From: Parcubacteria group bacterium
GTDB taxonomy: Bacteria > Patescibacteriota > Minisyncoccia > Phycocordibacterales > Phycocordibacteraceae
DNA length: 64,000 nucleotides
Direction of reading: 5' to 3'
NCBI GenBank assembly: GCA_028286615.1
Contig: JAQBRG010000005.1
Span: forward strand, 913-64,912
Positions 9,054 to 18,608 of the stretch are shown in pieces. Both the position numbers and the translations under genes were made by a program. The notes beneath the pieces are model-generated. The model was not told the origin of the DNA, searched no databases, and was given only the letters and a program-made list of their open reading frames with translations. Numbering within the stretch: the stretch's first letter is position 1; the number at the start of each line of letters is the position of its first letter.

Positions 9054-10109
9054 ATGGCAAAGCGATTTTCACGAAACTCTTTCTTCTCTAGCGACATCGG
9101 GATAGACCTTGGTACCGCAAATACGCTCGTATACGTTCGTGGACGAGGCATCGTTATCTCAGAACCGTCTGTTGTAACAATCAACGAAAAGACTGGACAG
9201 GTTGTTGCGGTCGGAAAGGAAGCAAAGTTAATGCTTGGAAAAACACCTCCACATATTCGTGCCGTACGTCCTCTTGAGCATGGCGTTATCTCAGACTTCG
9301 AAGTTACCGAAGAGCTGCTCGCATATCTTATTAACAAAGCGCAGGGAGGACGCTCTCGTCTTCTTGGTCCACGCGTTGTTATTGGCGTACCGACTGGCGT
9401 TACGAACGTGCAGAGCCGTGCAGTGCGCGATGCCGCTATAACCGCAGGTGCCCGAGAAGTATTTATTCTTGAAGAACCAATGGCAGGAGCTATTGGAGCA
9501 AAGCTTCCTGTTACCGAACCAATTGGCACCATGGTGCTTGATATTGGAGGAGGAACAACAGACATTGCGGTTATAGCGCTTGGAGGTGCTGTTGCTGGAA
9601 AGAGTTCTCAGGTTGCAGGAGACCGCTTTAACGAGAACATTACGGACTTCATACGCAGCGAATTCCAACTTGCGATCGGAGAGAAGACCGCGGAAGACAC
9701 GAAGATTGCTATCGGTGCCGTGCTTCCTCTTGAAGAAGCACTTGAGCGTCCTGTACGCGGACGAGATCTTGCAACAGGCCTTCCAAGAGAAATAGTGCTA
9801 ACCGATACGCATATTCGAGAAGCGCTGGCTCCTTCGCTTGATTCGCTTCTTGAAGCAATGAAGGAGGTTATTGAGAACACTCCTCCAGAACTTCTTTCAG
9901 ATGTGCTTGAGCGAGGCGTAACGGTATTCGGAGGAGGGGCGCTCTTGCGCGGGCTTCCTGAGCTTCTCTCAAAGATGCTCGGTGTGCCCGTGCACGTTGC
10001 GTCTGATCCGCTAACGGCCGTTGTGCGAGGTACGGGCATTGTAACTGAAGACCCACGTCCTTGGGTTGATACTTTCCTTAATGAAGATGCAATTATTCAA
10101 CAAAGCTAA
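9054..10109 (+). CDS. mreB: MreB paralog (second actin-like rod-shape protein)
   Basis: DIGIDLGTANTLVYV...EPSVVTI and DIGGGTTDIAVI motifs; start placed at the ATG directly after the proS stop. Confidence 0.85.
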   Translation: MAKRFSRNSFFSSDIGIDLGTANTLVYVRGRGIVISEPSVVTINEKTGQVVAVGKEAKLMLGKTPPHIRAVRPLEHGVISDFEVTEELLAYLINKAQGGRSRLLGPRVVIGVPTGVTNVQSRAVRDAAITAGAREVFILEEPMAGAIGAKLPVTEPIGTMVLDIGGGTTDIAVIALGGAVAGKSSQVAGDRFNENITDFIRSEFQLAIGEKTAEDTKIAIGAVLPLEEALERPVRGRDLATGLPREIVLTDTHIREALAPSLDSLLEAMKEVIENTPPELLSDVLERGVTVFGGGALLRGLPELLSKMLGVPVHVASDPLTAVVRGTGIVTEDPRPWVDTFLNEDAIIQQS

Positions 10110-10893
10110 TAGACGAAGTTCTTTGATACGCCCTGGATCGCCGGTGTTGCCGGTTACTGCTGGCGTTATTATCCTCGCGCTCATCCTTCTAATCATCCGC
10201 ATACTCGCACCGGGCGCTCTAACTACTGCTGCTACACCGCTTTGGCAGCTTGGAGCCGCAGCTTCAAACGCTATTGGAGGAGCCGAATCTCTCGGAGAGA
10301 ACAAAGAGGATGTCGTTCGAGAGCGAGACGAACTTAAGGCAGAGATTGAAGCCCTTAAGATCCAGAACCAGGTAGCAACTTCGGAGGCTGCGGAGGTTGC
10401 GAAACTTGTGGGAACACATGGAGAAACAGAGCGAGGTATTCTCGCAAGCGTACTGGCTCGTCCTCCTGTATCTCCGTACGACACACTGGTGCTTGATCAG
10501 GGAAGTAATGCCGGAGTCACTGCAGGTGCATTTGTATTTGGTCCTGGCGGCTCTCCGTTGGGAACTATTGAAAACGTGGCACCAAAGACCGCACGCGCAT
10601 TGCTGTACTCAGCTCCTGGACGCAGTACTCAGGGATGGGTAGGGGAGCTTAGTACTCCTGTAACACTTGTTGGTGCGAGTGCTGGAAGTTTCCACGCAAC
10701 ACTCCCTAAAGACTCCCCGATTGCTGTGGGCGATCTGGTATATCTGCCAGGAAGCGGCCTTGCTCCAGTTGGAAGCGTTGTAGCTATTGATACAAATCCC
10801 TCTTCGCCTGAAGTTGGACTTGAGATACGTCCTATGACGAACATCTTTTCTCTTACGTGGGTAAGTGTTTCAACGTACACCTCAGGCCTATGA
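10066..10893 (+). CDS. mreC: rod shape-determining protein MreC
   Basis: N-terminal TM segment, coiled-coil (ERDELKAEIEALKIQNQ), C-terminal beta-rich domain; position after mreB. Confidence 0.65.
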   Translation: MILSLMKMQLFNKANRRSSLIRPGSPVLPVTAGVIILALILLIIRILAPGALTTAATPLWQLGAAASNAIGGAESLGENKEDVVRERDELKAEIEALKIQNQVATSEAAEVAKLVGTHGETERGILASVLARPPVSPYDTLVLDQGSNAGVTAGAFVFGPGGSPLGTIENVAPKTARALLYSAPGRSTQGWVGELSTPVTLVGASAGSFHATLPKDSPIAVGDLVYLPGSGLAPVGSVVAIDTNPSSPEVGLEIRPMTNIFSLTWVSVSTYTSGL

Positions 10894-11147
10894 TGCTGCG
10901 CGTATCGCTCATCGCATTCGCACTCCTTTCTGCATTCTTCTTTCCGTGGCCTGTTACGCTTATTGTTACGCTTGTGGCGAGCTACTTTATGCCTCCTGTA
11001 GCGCTTGGTATAGGCGTGCTATGCGACCTTCTTTATTTCGTACCAGGACCAGGACAGTACCCTATGGCAACCATCCTCGGTGTTGTAGGTCTCGTCTTCA
11101 TGTTTCTCGTGCAGGGTTTCGTGAAGACGCGTATTATGGGTAGATGA
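10890..11147 (+). CDS. mreD: MreD-like small polytopic membrane protein
   Basis: ~85-aa hydrophobic protein, ATGA start/stop overlap with mreC, followed by PBP2. Confidence 0.45.
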   Translation: MMLRVSLIAFALLSAFFFPWPVTLIVTLVASYFMPPVALGIGVLCDLLYFVPGPGQYPMATILGVVGLVFMFLVQGFVKTRIMGR

Positions 11148-12814
11148 AATGGGGAAAGAAACGACGCTTTAAGGACAGGGAACTCGCTCCGGATGAGATC
11201 TTTCTTGACTCATCTAACCTTCCTGAATTTGATACAGGCCGCCTCGAAGGCCGCCTTGAAAGACCGCTGCCCCGTTCAGCGTTTGTGGGCATCGGCATAG
11301 CCGTAGGTCTTATTCTTTTCGCTCTCGTTGCACAGGCAGCGAATCTTGAACTCATGCAGGGCGACAAGTTCGCCGCAAGAAGCGAACGAAACAGATTGCG
11401 TCCCGAGGTTATCTTCTCCCAACGCGGCGCCATTCTTGACCGTTCCGGTACACCGCTTGTTACGAACGAAATAGCTGAAGACGGAACTGTTATGCGCAAG
11501 TACGCGTCTCCTGGTTTTGCACACGTTCTAGGCTACGTCTCGTATCCAAAGAAAGATTCAAGCGGCCATTACTACGATACGACCATAACCGGTCTTGCTG
11601 GTATTGAAAAAGCATTTAACGAACAGCTAGACGGAAAGAACGGCACCTTGCTCGTTGAAGAAGACGCGCGTGGAGAAGTGCAGTCTTCAGGCACTATAAC
11701 GCCTCCGCAGAACGGTCAGACGGTTACGTTATCTATTGATGCTCGTGCGCAGAAAGCATTGTATGACTCGCTGTCTTCACTTACCGAACGCATTCCTTTT
11801 GACGGCGCTTCGGGAGTGCTTATGGATGTTGAAACAGGGGAAATACACGCATTAGTTTCTTACCCCGAATACGATCCAAACGTACTGTCTTCCGGAGGAC
11901 CTTCTGAGACCATCGCTTTGTATTCAACTAACAAGAGACAGCCATACCTTGATAGGGCGGTATCCGGTCTCTACACCCCAGGCTCCATCATCAAGCCTCT
12001 TGAGGCAGCAGGAGCCCTTACTGACGGCATAATTACACCTGAGACGGTTATTGTCTCGAATGGATTTATCTCGCTCCCAAACCCGTACGACCCTACGCAC
12101 CCTTCTATATTTAAAGACTGGAAGACTCTTGGTGCACTAACGGTGCGAGGCGGCATAGCATATTCCTCAGACGTTTTCTTCTATACGGTTGGAGGAGGCT
12201 TTGGAGGTATTAAAGGTCTCGGCATAGATCGTCTAGATTATTGGTTCAAGACATTTGGCCTTACGTCTCCAACAAACATTGAGCTCTCAGGAGAGAAGAC
12301 TGGATTCGTACCAACTCCCGCATGGAAGGAAGAGACGCTTAAAGAGCCGTGGCGCATCGGAGACACCTATCACACAGCAATTGGCCAGTACGCCATGCAG
12401 ATAACGCCCATAGAGGCAGCAAGAGCCATTGCGGCGGTTGCTAACGGGGGCAAGCTTATACAGCCTACGCTTCTTGCTAACCAGGCACCCAAAGGACAGA
12501 GCATTGCGGTTGATGCAGCAGCACTACAGGTTGTGCGTGAAGGTATGCGCATGGGAGCAACGGAAGGAACATCGGTTGGTCTGAACGATCTCTCGTTCGT
12601 GCATCTGGCAGGAAAGACAGGTACCGCCCAGCTTGGTTTTCATAACGAGTTCTATAACGCTTGGGCAGTTGGATTCTTTCCGTACGAACATCCTAAGTAT
12701 GTGTACGTAGTTGTTATGGAACACGGGCCTTCAGGAAATGCCATTGGAGGTATCTATGCCATGCATCAGTTCTTAACAGAGCTGCATCAGACGGCGCCGG
12801 AATATTTTAAATAG
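11144..12814 (+). CDS. mrdA: penicillin-binding protein 2 (elongasome transpeptidase)
   Basis: SIIKP (SxxK), SSD (SxN-like) and KTGTAQ motifs; N-terminal TM anchor; in the mreBCD context. Confidence 0.85.
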   Translation: MKWGKKRRFKDRELAPDEIFLDSSNLPEFDTGRLEGRLERPLPRSAFVGIGIAVGLILFALVAQAANLELMQGDKFAARSERNRLRPEVIFSQRGAILDRSGTPLVTNEIAEDGTVMRKYASPGFAHVLGYVSYPKKDSSGHYYDTTITGLAGIEKAFNEQLDGKNGTLLVEEDARGEVQSSGTITPPQNGQTVTLSIDARAQKALYDSLSSLTERIPFDGASGVLMDVETGEIHALVSYPEYDPNVLSSGGPSETIALYSTNKRQPYLDRAVSGLYTPGSIIKPLEAAGALTDGIITPETVIVSNGFISLPNPYDPTHPSIFKDWKTLGALTVRGGIAYSSDVFFYTVGGGFGGIKGLGIDRLDYWFKTFGLTSPTNIELSGEKTGFVPTPAWKEETLKEPWRIGDTYHTAIGQYAMQITPIEAARAIAAVANGGKLIQPTLLANQAPKGQSIAVDAAALQVVREGMRMGATEGTSVGLNDLSFVHLAGKTGTAQLGFHNEFYNAWAVGFFPYEHPKYVYVVVMEHGPSGNAIGGIYAMHQFLTELHQTAPEYFK

Positions 12815-12860
12815 CAGGTAACACGAAAGCGGCGCCAAGATTGACGCCGCTTGAATCTTT

Positions 12861-13202
12861 TTAGAAATAGCCTGAAAGCAAAGGCATCAAACCAAACAAG
12901 CCTGCCGCTAGCACGCCGCAAACAACCATCATGGCGAATATCGCGCAGAGCCAGTTCGTTTCGTCTTTTCTTTTGACGCCTTCTATAATGCCGCGAAAGC
13001 AGAGCAGGGCAGCGACTGCAAACAGAACGCCGGTTATATTCGCCGCAGTGTTTTCGGAAAAAGACTTTTCAAGCAGTTTCCTTATCGTACTTCCAAGCAA
13101 CAACAAACCGAGAGTGTAGAAAAAACTTACCACCCCCAGCTTGGTCGGCTTCTCGTCTACTGCATAGTTAACCATCTGCTTCTCCCTAAGGTTAAATGCC
13201 AC
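12861..13202 (-). CDS. hypothetical small membrane protein
   Basis: 113 aa with three predicted TM helices. Confidence 0.35.
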   Translation of the reverse strand: MAFNLREKQMVNYAVDEKPTKLGVVSFFYTLGLLLLGSTIRKLLEKSFSENTAANITGVLFAVAALLCFRGIIEGVKRKDETNWLCAIFAMMVVCGVLAAGLFGLMPLLSGYF

Positions 13203-13308
13203 GTCTGACGGAAGGCTAGCATGCCCTGGGCTGGTGGCAATCCTATCCCTTGCGCGCCTGCTGGAACCCCGTACAATACAGGCAGTTCATCATTCATCTA
13301 CAATCAAC

Positions 13309-13779
13309 ATGTCCGAGCAGGAAACCGTTGTTAGCCAAGAAAAGTTCGACGAGCTGGTAAAAGAGCTCGACAATCTAAAGACTGTGCGCCGTGCCGAGAT
13401 TGCAAAGAATCTCGAGTACGCCCGTTCCCTAGGCGATCTTTCTGAAAATGCTGAGTACCAAGAAGCACGTGAGCTTCAGGCAGCAACCGAAGAACGCATT
13501 CGCAAACTCGAGGAACTCGTTAAGCGTGCAAAGATAACAACCGAGAACAAGAAGAAGGACGTGGTTAGTTTCGGCTCAACCGTAATCATCAAACGAGAGG
13601 GAAGTCCTGAATCCCACGAGTACACCATCGTTGGCTCAGAAGAAGCAGACATGCGTGCTCGCAAGCTCTCGCACCTCTCTCCTCTAGGCGCTGCGCTTAT
13701 GGGTAAGAAGAAGAGCGATAGCTTTACGTTTGAGACTCCTAACGGTAAGCAGACCTACTCAGTAGAGAAGGTTGCGTAA
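13309..13779 (+). CDS. greA: transcription elongation factor GreA
   Basis: N-terminal coiled-coil, LGDLSENAEY acidic tip motif, C-terminal FKBP-like domain; start at internal ATG (MSEQET). Confidence 0.85.
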   Translation: MSEQETVVSQEKFDELVKELDNLKTVRRAEIAKNLEYARSLGDLSENAEYQEARELQAATEERIRKLEELVKRAKITTENKKKDVVSFGSTVIIKREGSPESHEYTIVGSEEADMRARKLSHLSPLGAALMGKKKSDSFTFETPNGKQTYSVEKVA

Positions 13780-13800
13780 CATCTCCAAGTACAAAAGATA

Positions 13801-13826
13801 AAGGGCGGCCTGTGAGGGCCGCCCTT
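13801..13826. terminator. bidirectional terminator hairpin
   Basis: aagggcggcc tgtga gggccgccctt perfect 10-bp stem between the convergent greA and 13850..14863. Confidence 0.6.
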
Positions 13827-13849
13827 GTCGTATCTGGGTTGCAGATACC

Positions 13850-14863
13850 TTATTTCCCGCACATGGCATGCACGGGACGAATGATTGCGTGCTCGTTGAG
13901 TTCAACGGGGCCGCTTCGCACACTTACTCCGTACCCACCAACAAGACGATACTTGTCCCGCAGTCGAAGGAAGAAGAGTGTGGTGTGTTCTCGCCGCTTC
14001 TGCTTTCTCATAGTTATCTCATGAACTTTTCTGAAAGGGATAACTATGAACTCGCTTTTTAACGGAGACGAAAGCATTTCAATAACCTGCCGGCGCGTCT
14101 CGTGCCAGACCTTCAAATCACGTTCTTTGGTAGGCTCGTCGGGAAGACAGCGCAGAACCTTGATCTCGGGCCCGAGCTTCTTGCGAATAACGAAGCCCAA
14201 AGGATAGCAGCCCTCCAGACTTTCAAGACTTGTGAAGTCAGTGAGCGGAAGAGCGTTTACGTTCAGAAGGCAGGTGCGGTCTTGAGCGTACTCAACTGGT
14301 CCAAACACCGCCCGTTCGAGAGACGACTTGATTCTTGGAGAATCAGGAAGCTCTGCATACGGAGCATGGATCCAGGCAGCGCAGTCGCTCGGTGTCTTGT
14401 CGAGATCAAGCACCTCGGTAACGCTGATCTTGTTAGATTGCAGTACCTCCATGAAAGCACGAAGGTCAACAAGTTCCGAAGCGGTTGCCTTTGACGTGTG
14501 GAGTCCAAGACAGCTGATGCCTCGTCCGCGAAGTTCGGTTGCAAGAAGTGATGCAATCGGCACATTAAGCATGTGTGCAATGCCAATACCCGCCGCATCA
14601 AGGCCTATGCCAACCAGATCCTCCTTGTCCCCCTTGGTTGAAAGGAACTCTGCACGGATAACCAGTGACGGCATTCCTCCGAATAGGGAGGCGAAATAGC
14701 TTTGGATTTTCGGTTCCCGCTGTTGCCAGACAGGGAATCTCTCCACGATGTCTCGTTCAATAAGCCGTTCGAACTTTTCTACATGCGCTCCTAGGAGCGG
14801 ATAGGCAGGTGCGACACGAACAGGCTTGCTCATGCCGAGATTCAGGCTCTGAGTATCCAACAT
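13850..14863 (-). CDS. hypothetical protein; high-GC, likely horizontally acquired
   Basis: 337-aa ORF with markedly elevated GC; no confident family assignment. Confidence 0.4.
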   Translation of the reverse strand: MLDTQSLNLGMSKPVRVAPAYPLLGAHVEKFERLIERDIVERFPVWQQREPKIQSYFASLFGGMPSLVIRAEFLSTKGDKEDLVGIGLDAAGIGIAHMLNVPIASLLATELRGRGISCLGLHTSKATASELVDLRAFMEVLQSNKISVTEVLDLDKTPSDCAAWIHAPYAELPDSPRIKSSLERAVFGPVEYAQDRTCLLNVNALPLTDFTSLESLEGCYPLGFVIRKKLGPEIKVLRCLPDEPTKERDLKVWHETRRQVIEMLSSPLKSEFIVIPFRKVHEITMRKQKRREHTTLFFLRLRDKYRLVGGYGVSVRSGPVELNEHAIIRPVHAMCGK

Positions 14864-15134
14864 CTCTTTCTCCCTTATGTATTGCCAATGAAAAGAACAA
14901 AGTCCCCAACCTTGCGGTCGAGGACTCGATTCAAATTTCTAATTTTGGACTTTTACTTCCGTGGAGAAACCTCAAGCGAAACCTCGACCCTTTTAATTAG
15001 GCCGAAATAGACAAAGATTGTGAGAATCCAATGCTGTGCTCGAGTCATAACTCCTTAATAATACGCCACAGAGCTTTTCTGTCAAATGAAGCTTCTTTCA
15101 TAGACCCAAACTTGTGTGGATAAACATTCATGAA

Positions 15135-15179
15135 GTGGGGCATAGTGGCATATAATCTATCCTAGTGGGATGAAGTGGG
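15135..15179 (+). promoter_or_regulatory. MraZ operator-like direct repeats overlapping a -10 hexamer
   Basis: GTGGG at 15135, GTGG at 15145, TATAAT at 15151, GTGGG at 15165 and 15175: 10-bp periodic GTGGG boxes immediately upstream of mraZ. Confidence 0.5.
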
Positions 15180-15216
15180 ATTCATGAAATTCCCTTCACA
15201 TCCGCGCCCCTTACAC

Positions 15217-15648
15217 ATGCTCATTGGAGAATACCGTCACACATTTGATACCAAGAACCGCATATCGCTTCCGGCTAAATTCCGGAAGGAACTTGGAAGC
15301 ACGGTAGTGGTAACGCGCGGCCTAGATAAGTGTTTATTTATATACTCCAAGACTGCGTGGAAGAAGCAGGCTGAGAAGTTTGCTAAGCATTCAACAGGAA
15401 ACGCAGCGGGCCGCGGATTTTCTCGCCTCATGCTTTCAGGCGCTAACGAAGCAGATGTAGATAGCGCAGGACGCATTCTCGTTCCTGACTATCTCAAGAC
15501 GTACGCGGCTCTTGAGACCAAGAGTGTTGTTGCGGGTGTGGCTGATCGCGTAGAAATCTGGGACGAAGCAGCGTGGGAGGCATACACCAAGAATATTGAA
15601 CGGGACGCAGACGAGTTGGCTGAGCAGTTGGGCGCTCTTAACGCATAG
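15217..15648 (+). CDS. mraZ: transcriptional regulator MraZ
   Basis: MLIGEYRHTFDTKNRISLPAKFR...DRVEIWD duplicated MraZ domains. Confidence 0.85.
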   Translation: MLIGEYRHTFDTKNRISLPAKFRKELGSTVVVTRGLDKCLFIYSKTAWKKQAEKFAKHSTGNAAGRGFSRLMLSGANEADVDSAGRILVPDYLKTYAALETKSVVAGVADRVEIWDEAAWEAYTKNIERDADELAEQLGALNA

Positions 15649-15652
15649 GCTT

Positions 15653-16600
15653 ATGGAACCGCGCCACGACACCGTTCTTCTACAAGAATCTGTTGATGCG
15701 CTTGTTATTGCACCAGGCGACATTGTTGTTGATGCAACACTCGGAGGAGCAGGGCATTTCAAGCTCATTCTTTCAAAGCTAGGCGCAAAGAACACGCTTA
15801 TGGGTATAGACGCAGATACCCAGGCAATTGAACGAGCACAGAAGGTTGTTACAGAAGCAGGTAGCCCAGCCGATGTACGTCTTGTAGAAGGAAACTTCAA
15901 AGATCTTGGAGCAATCCTCGATGCACAGAACATTAAGGAGATAGACAAAATCCTATTTGATCTTGGATGGAGCGGATTCCAGCTTGCTCTTGGACGCGGA
16001 TTCTCTTTCCGAGTGGATGAGCCTCTTTCCATGACCTATGGAGACCCAGAGGCTTCAACTAACGCAAAAGATCTCGTTAACCATCTTTCAGAAGAATCTC
16101 TCGCAGACCTCATCTTCACTCTTGGCGAGGAACGCTTTGCTCGAGGTATTGCTCGCAGCATCGTAGAGGCTAGAGAAGAGAAGGAAATTGAAACAACCTT
16201 CGAACTTGTTGCCGCTATTGAAGCGGGTACTCCTTCCTGGTACCACCATCGCCGTCTTCATCCAGCAACGAAGACCTTCCAGGCGCTCCGTATTGCCGTT
16301 AATGACGAGCTCGGAGCCCTTCGTGAGGGTCTAGCTGTCGCACTTGCTCGCCTTGCTCCTGGGGGACGTATTGCTGTTATCAGTTTCCATAGCATCGAGG
16401 ACCGCATCGTGAAGAGCACCTTGCGCGATGCAGCTCACGAGTGCGGCACGCTCGTTACCCGAAAGCCAATTGTGCCGTCTTCCGCTGAGACTGCGCAGAA
16501 TCCGCGCGCTCGGAGCGCGAAGCTGCGGGTGTACGAGCGTTCGATGTCCTGTGCAGTGCTTGCGGCCTCTTCTAACAACCTAATGTCTACCTATGCCTGA
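15653..16600 (+). CDS. rsmH: 16S rRNA (cytosine1402-N4)-methyltransferase RsmH
   Basis: HDTVLL.E....L......VVDATLGGAGH SAM-binding signature; dcw position. Confidence 0.9.
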   Translation: MEPRHDTVLLQESVDALVIAPGDIVVDATLGGAGHFKLILSKLGAKNTLMGIDADTQAIERAQKVVTEAGSPADVRLVEGNFKDLGAILDAQNIKEIDKILFDLGWSGFQLALGRGFSFRVDEPLSMTYGDPEASTNAKDLVNHLSEESLADLIFTLGEERFARGIARSIVEAREEKEIETTFELVAAIEAGTPSWYHHRRLHPATKTFQALRIAVNDELGALREGLAVALARLAPGGRIAVISFHSIEDRIVKSTLRDAAHECGTLVTRKPIVPSSAETAQNPRARSAKLRVYERSMSCAVLAASSNNLMSTYA

Positions 16601-16871
16601 TCGAACTATTTCAATCCTTGGTATTTCCTGCGGCGCACTCTTGAGTGTGTACGTCGCCCTGGTTATCACCACCATCACGTTCGCGGCATGGCAGACAGAA
16701 CTACGCGCAAGCATTCGTAGCACTGAAGGCATGATCTCCTCTCTTGAGAGCGAGTACTACGAACACGTTGCGGCTATAACCGCTACGGCCCCTTCAGCGT
16801 TCGGTCTCGTACCTCCCGCGTCTGTGCGTTATGCAGCAAAAGCACCGGCAACTGCCGTGTCGCTCCGCTAA
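16593..16871 (+). CDS. ftsL: FtsL-like small bitopic division protein
   Basis: 92 aa, single TM then a short periplasmic segment; sits between rsmH and ftsI. Confidence 0.5.
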   Translation: MPDRTISILGISCGALLSVYVALVITTITFAAWQTELRASIRSTEGMISSLESEYYEHVAAITATAPSAFGLVPPASVRYAAKAPATAVSLR

Positions 16872-16877
16872 GTTCCT

Positions 16878-18605
16878 ATGCGCCGGGCAATTCGTACGCG
16901 CCTGCGCATTCTTTCGGGCATCCTCATAGTCTTTGCACTCCTTCTCATAACACGTCTCTATTTTGTACAGATAGTGCATGGTGCAGATTTCTCCCTTCGC
17001 GCTGAACGACAGTATGTGAGCTCAAGCCAGGAGCTGTATGACCGAGGTTCTATCTATTTCACTCGAAAGGATGGAACGGTACTCTCTGCCGCAACGCTTG
17101 CAACCGGGTTTACCATAACCATGAACCCGAGCCACATAACGGATGTGGATGCGGCATACCAAGCGGTATCAGCGCTCACGTCTGTAGACCAGGCGCAGTT
17201 CTATGCATCAGCAGCAAAGAAGGAAGATCCATATGAGGTTATAGCTAAGCGGGTGCCTGAAGCTGCAGGAGCCGCGATAGAAGCGCTTGAGATACCTGGT
17301 ATTCAAGTTGAACGTCAGCGATGGCGTTCGTATCCTGCTGGAACACAAGCTGCCCAGTCTATTGGCTTTGTAGCATTTGATAACGACAACAAGCTTGCAG
17401 GGCGCTTTGGTCTTGAGCGTTCGTACGAATACGTACTTGAACGCGCTGCAGGCGGCTTATTCGGGAACTTCTTTGCAGAACTCTTCGCGAACCTTGATAG
17501 CGTTGTGGTTGATGCGAAGGAAGCGCGTAGTGGAGACATTGTTACCACCATAGAACCCATGGCGCAGGAGAAGCTCGACGAGATACTTGCCGCAACCAAT
17601 GCGAAGTACAACAGCATTGAAACAGGTGGCATCATCATGGACCCCAAGACGGGTGCCATTATCGCCATGGACACGTATCCATCGTTCGATGCGAATGACT
17701 TTGCTAACGGAGACCCGGCGCACTTCGGAAACCCGCTTGTTGAACACCGCTACGAGTTCGGTTCTATCGTAAAGGCTCTCACGATGACGGCCGGACTTGA
17801 TTCAGGTGTCATTACTCCCGACACAACCTATAACGATACCGGCTGCATCGAAGTTAACAGCAAGAAGATTTGTAACTTCGACCTTGTTGCCCGCGGAGTT
17901 ATTCCTATGCAGGAAATCCTCTCGCAGTCTCTCAACGTCGGTGCCTCATTCGTCGCTACTAAAGTTGGGCACGACAAGTTCCGAGAATACTTCAAGAAGC
18001 TCGGTATGGGAGAGGAGACCGGCATAGACCTGCCAAGCGAGATTCCGGGCGACATACACAACATCCTTACGAGTCCCCGAGATGTTGAGTACGACACCGC
18101 GTCCTTCGGGCAAGGCATCGCAGAGACTCCTATTGAGATGGTGAAGGCTATGGGGGCACTCGCCAACCATGGAGCTGTGGTAACGCCGCACCTAGTGTCA
18201 GCTATTCGTCTGGAGAACGGTCTTGAGAAGAAGTTGTCATGGGGCACCCCTGAGCAGGTATTCAGCGAGAAGGCTACAGAAGAAACAACCCGCATGCTGG
18301 TTAAAGTGGTGGACACCAAGCTCGCAAATGGTACCGTGAAGATTCCGAGTATGAGCGTGGCCGCGAAGACCGGTACCGCCCAGATTGGCGGCGCTAACGG
18401 CAAATATGAACAAGGAAAGTACTTCCACTCGTTCTTCGGGTACTTCCCAGCCTACGATCCTAAGTTCATAATTATCCTTTATACTCGGGAGCCTCAGGGT
18501 GTTCAGTACGCCTCGGAGACACTCACTATGCCTTTCATAGAGCTCACACACTTTTTGATTAACTATTACGAAGTGCCTCCAGACCGGGCAGACCTATCCC
18601 AATAA
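16878..18605 (+). CDS. ftsI: peptidoglycan D,D-transpeptidase FtsI (PBP3-like)
   Basis: SIVKA (SxxK), SQSLN (SxN), KTGTAQ motifs; N-terminal TM. Confidence 0.85.
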   Translation: MRRAIRTRLRILSGILIVFALLLITRLYFVQIVHGADFSLRAERQYVSSSQELYDRGSIYFTRKDGTVLSAATLATGFTITMNPSHITDVDAAYQAVSALTSVDQAQFYASAAKKEDPYEVIAKRVPEAAGAAIEALEIPGIQVERQRWRSYPAGTQAAQSIGFVAFDNDNKLAGRFGLERSYEYVLERAAGGLFGNFFAELFANLDSVVVDAKEARSGDIVTTIEPMAQEKLDEILAATNAKYNSIETGGIIMDPKTGAIIAMDTYPSFDANDFANGDPAHFGNPLVEHRYEFGSIVKALTMTAGLDSGVITPDTTYNDTGCIEVNSKKICNFDLVARGVIPMQEILSQSLNVGASFVATKVGHDKFREYFKKLGMGEETGIDLPSEIPGDIHNILTSPRDVEYDTASFGQGIAETPIEMVKAMGALANHGAVVTPHLVSAIRLENGLEKKLSWGTPEQVFSEKATEETTRMLVKVVDTKLANGTVKIPSMSVAAKTGTAQIGGANGKYEQGKYFHSFFGYFPAYDPKFIIILYTREPQGVQYASETLTMPFIELTHFLINYYEVPPDRADLSQ

Positions 18606-18608
18606 CTT

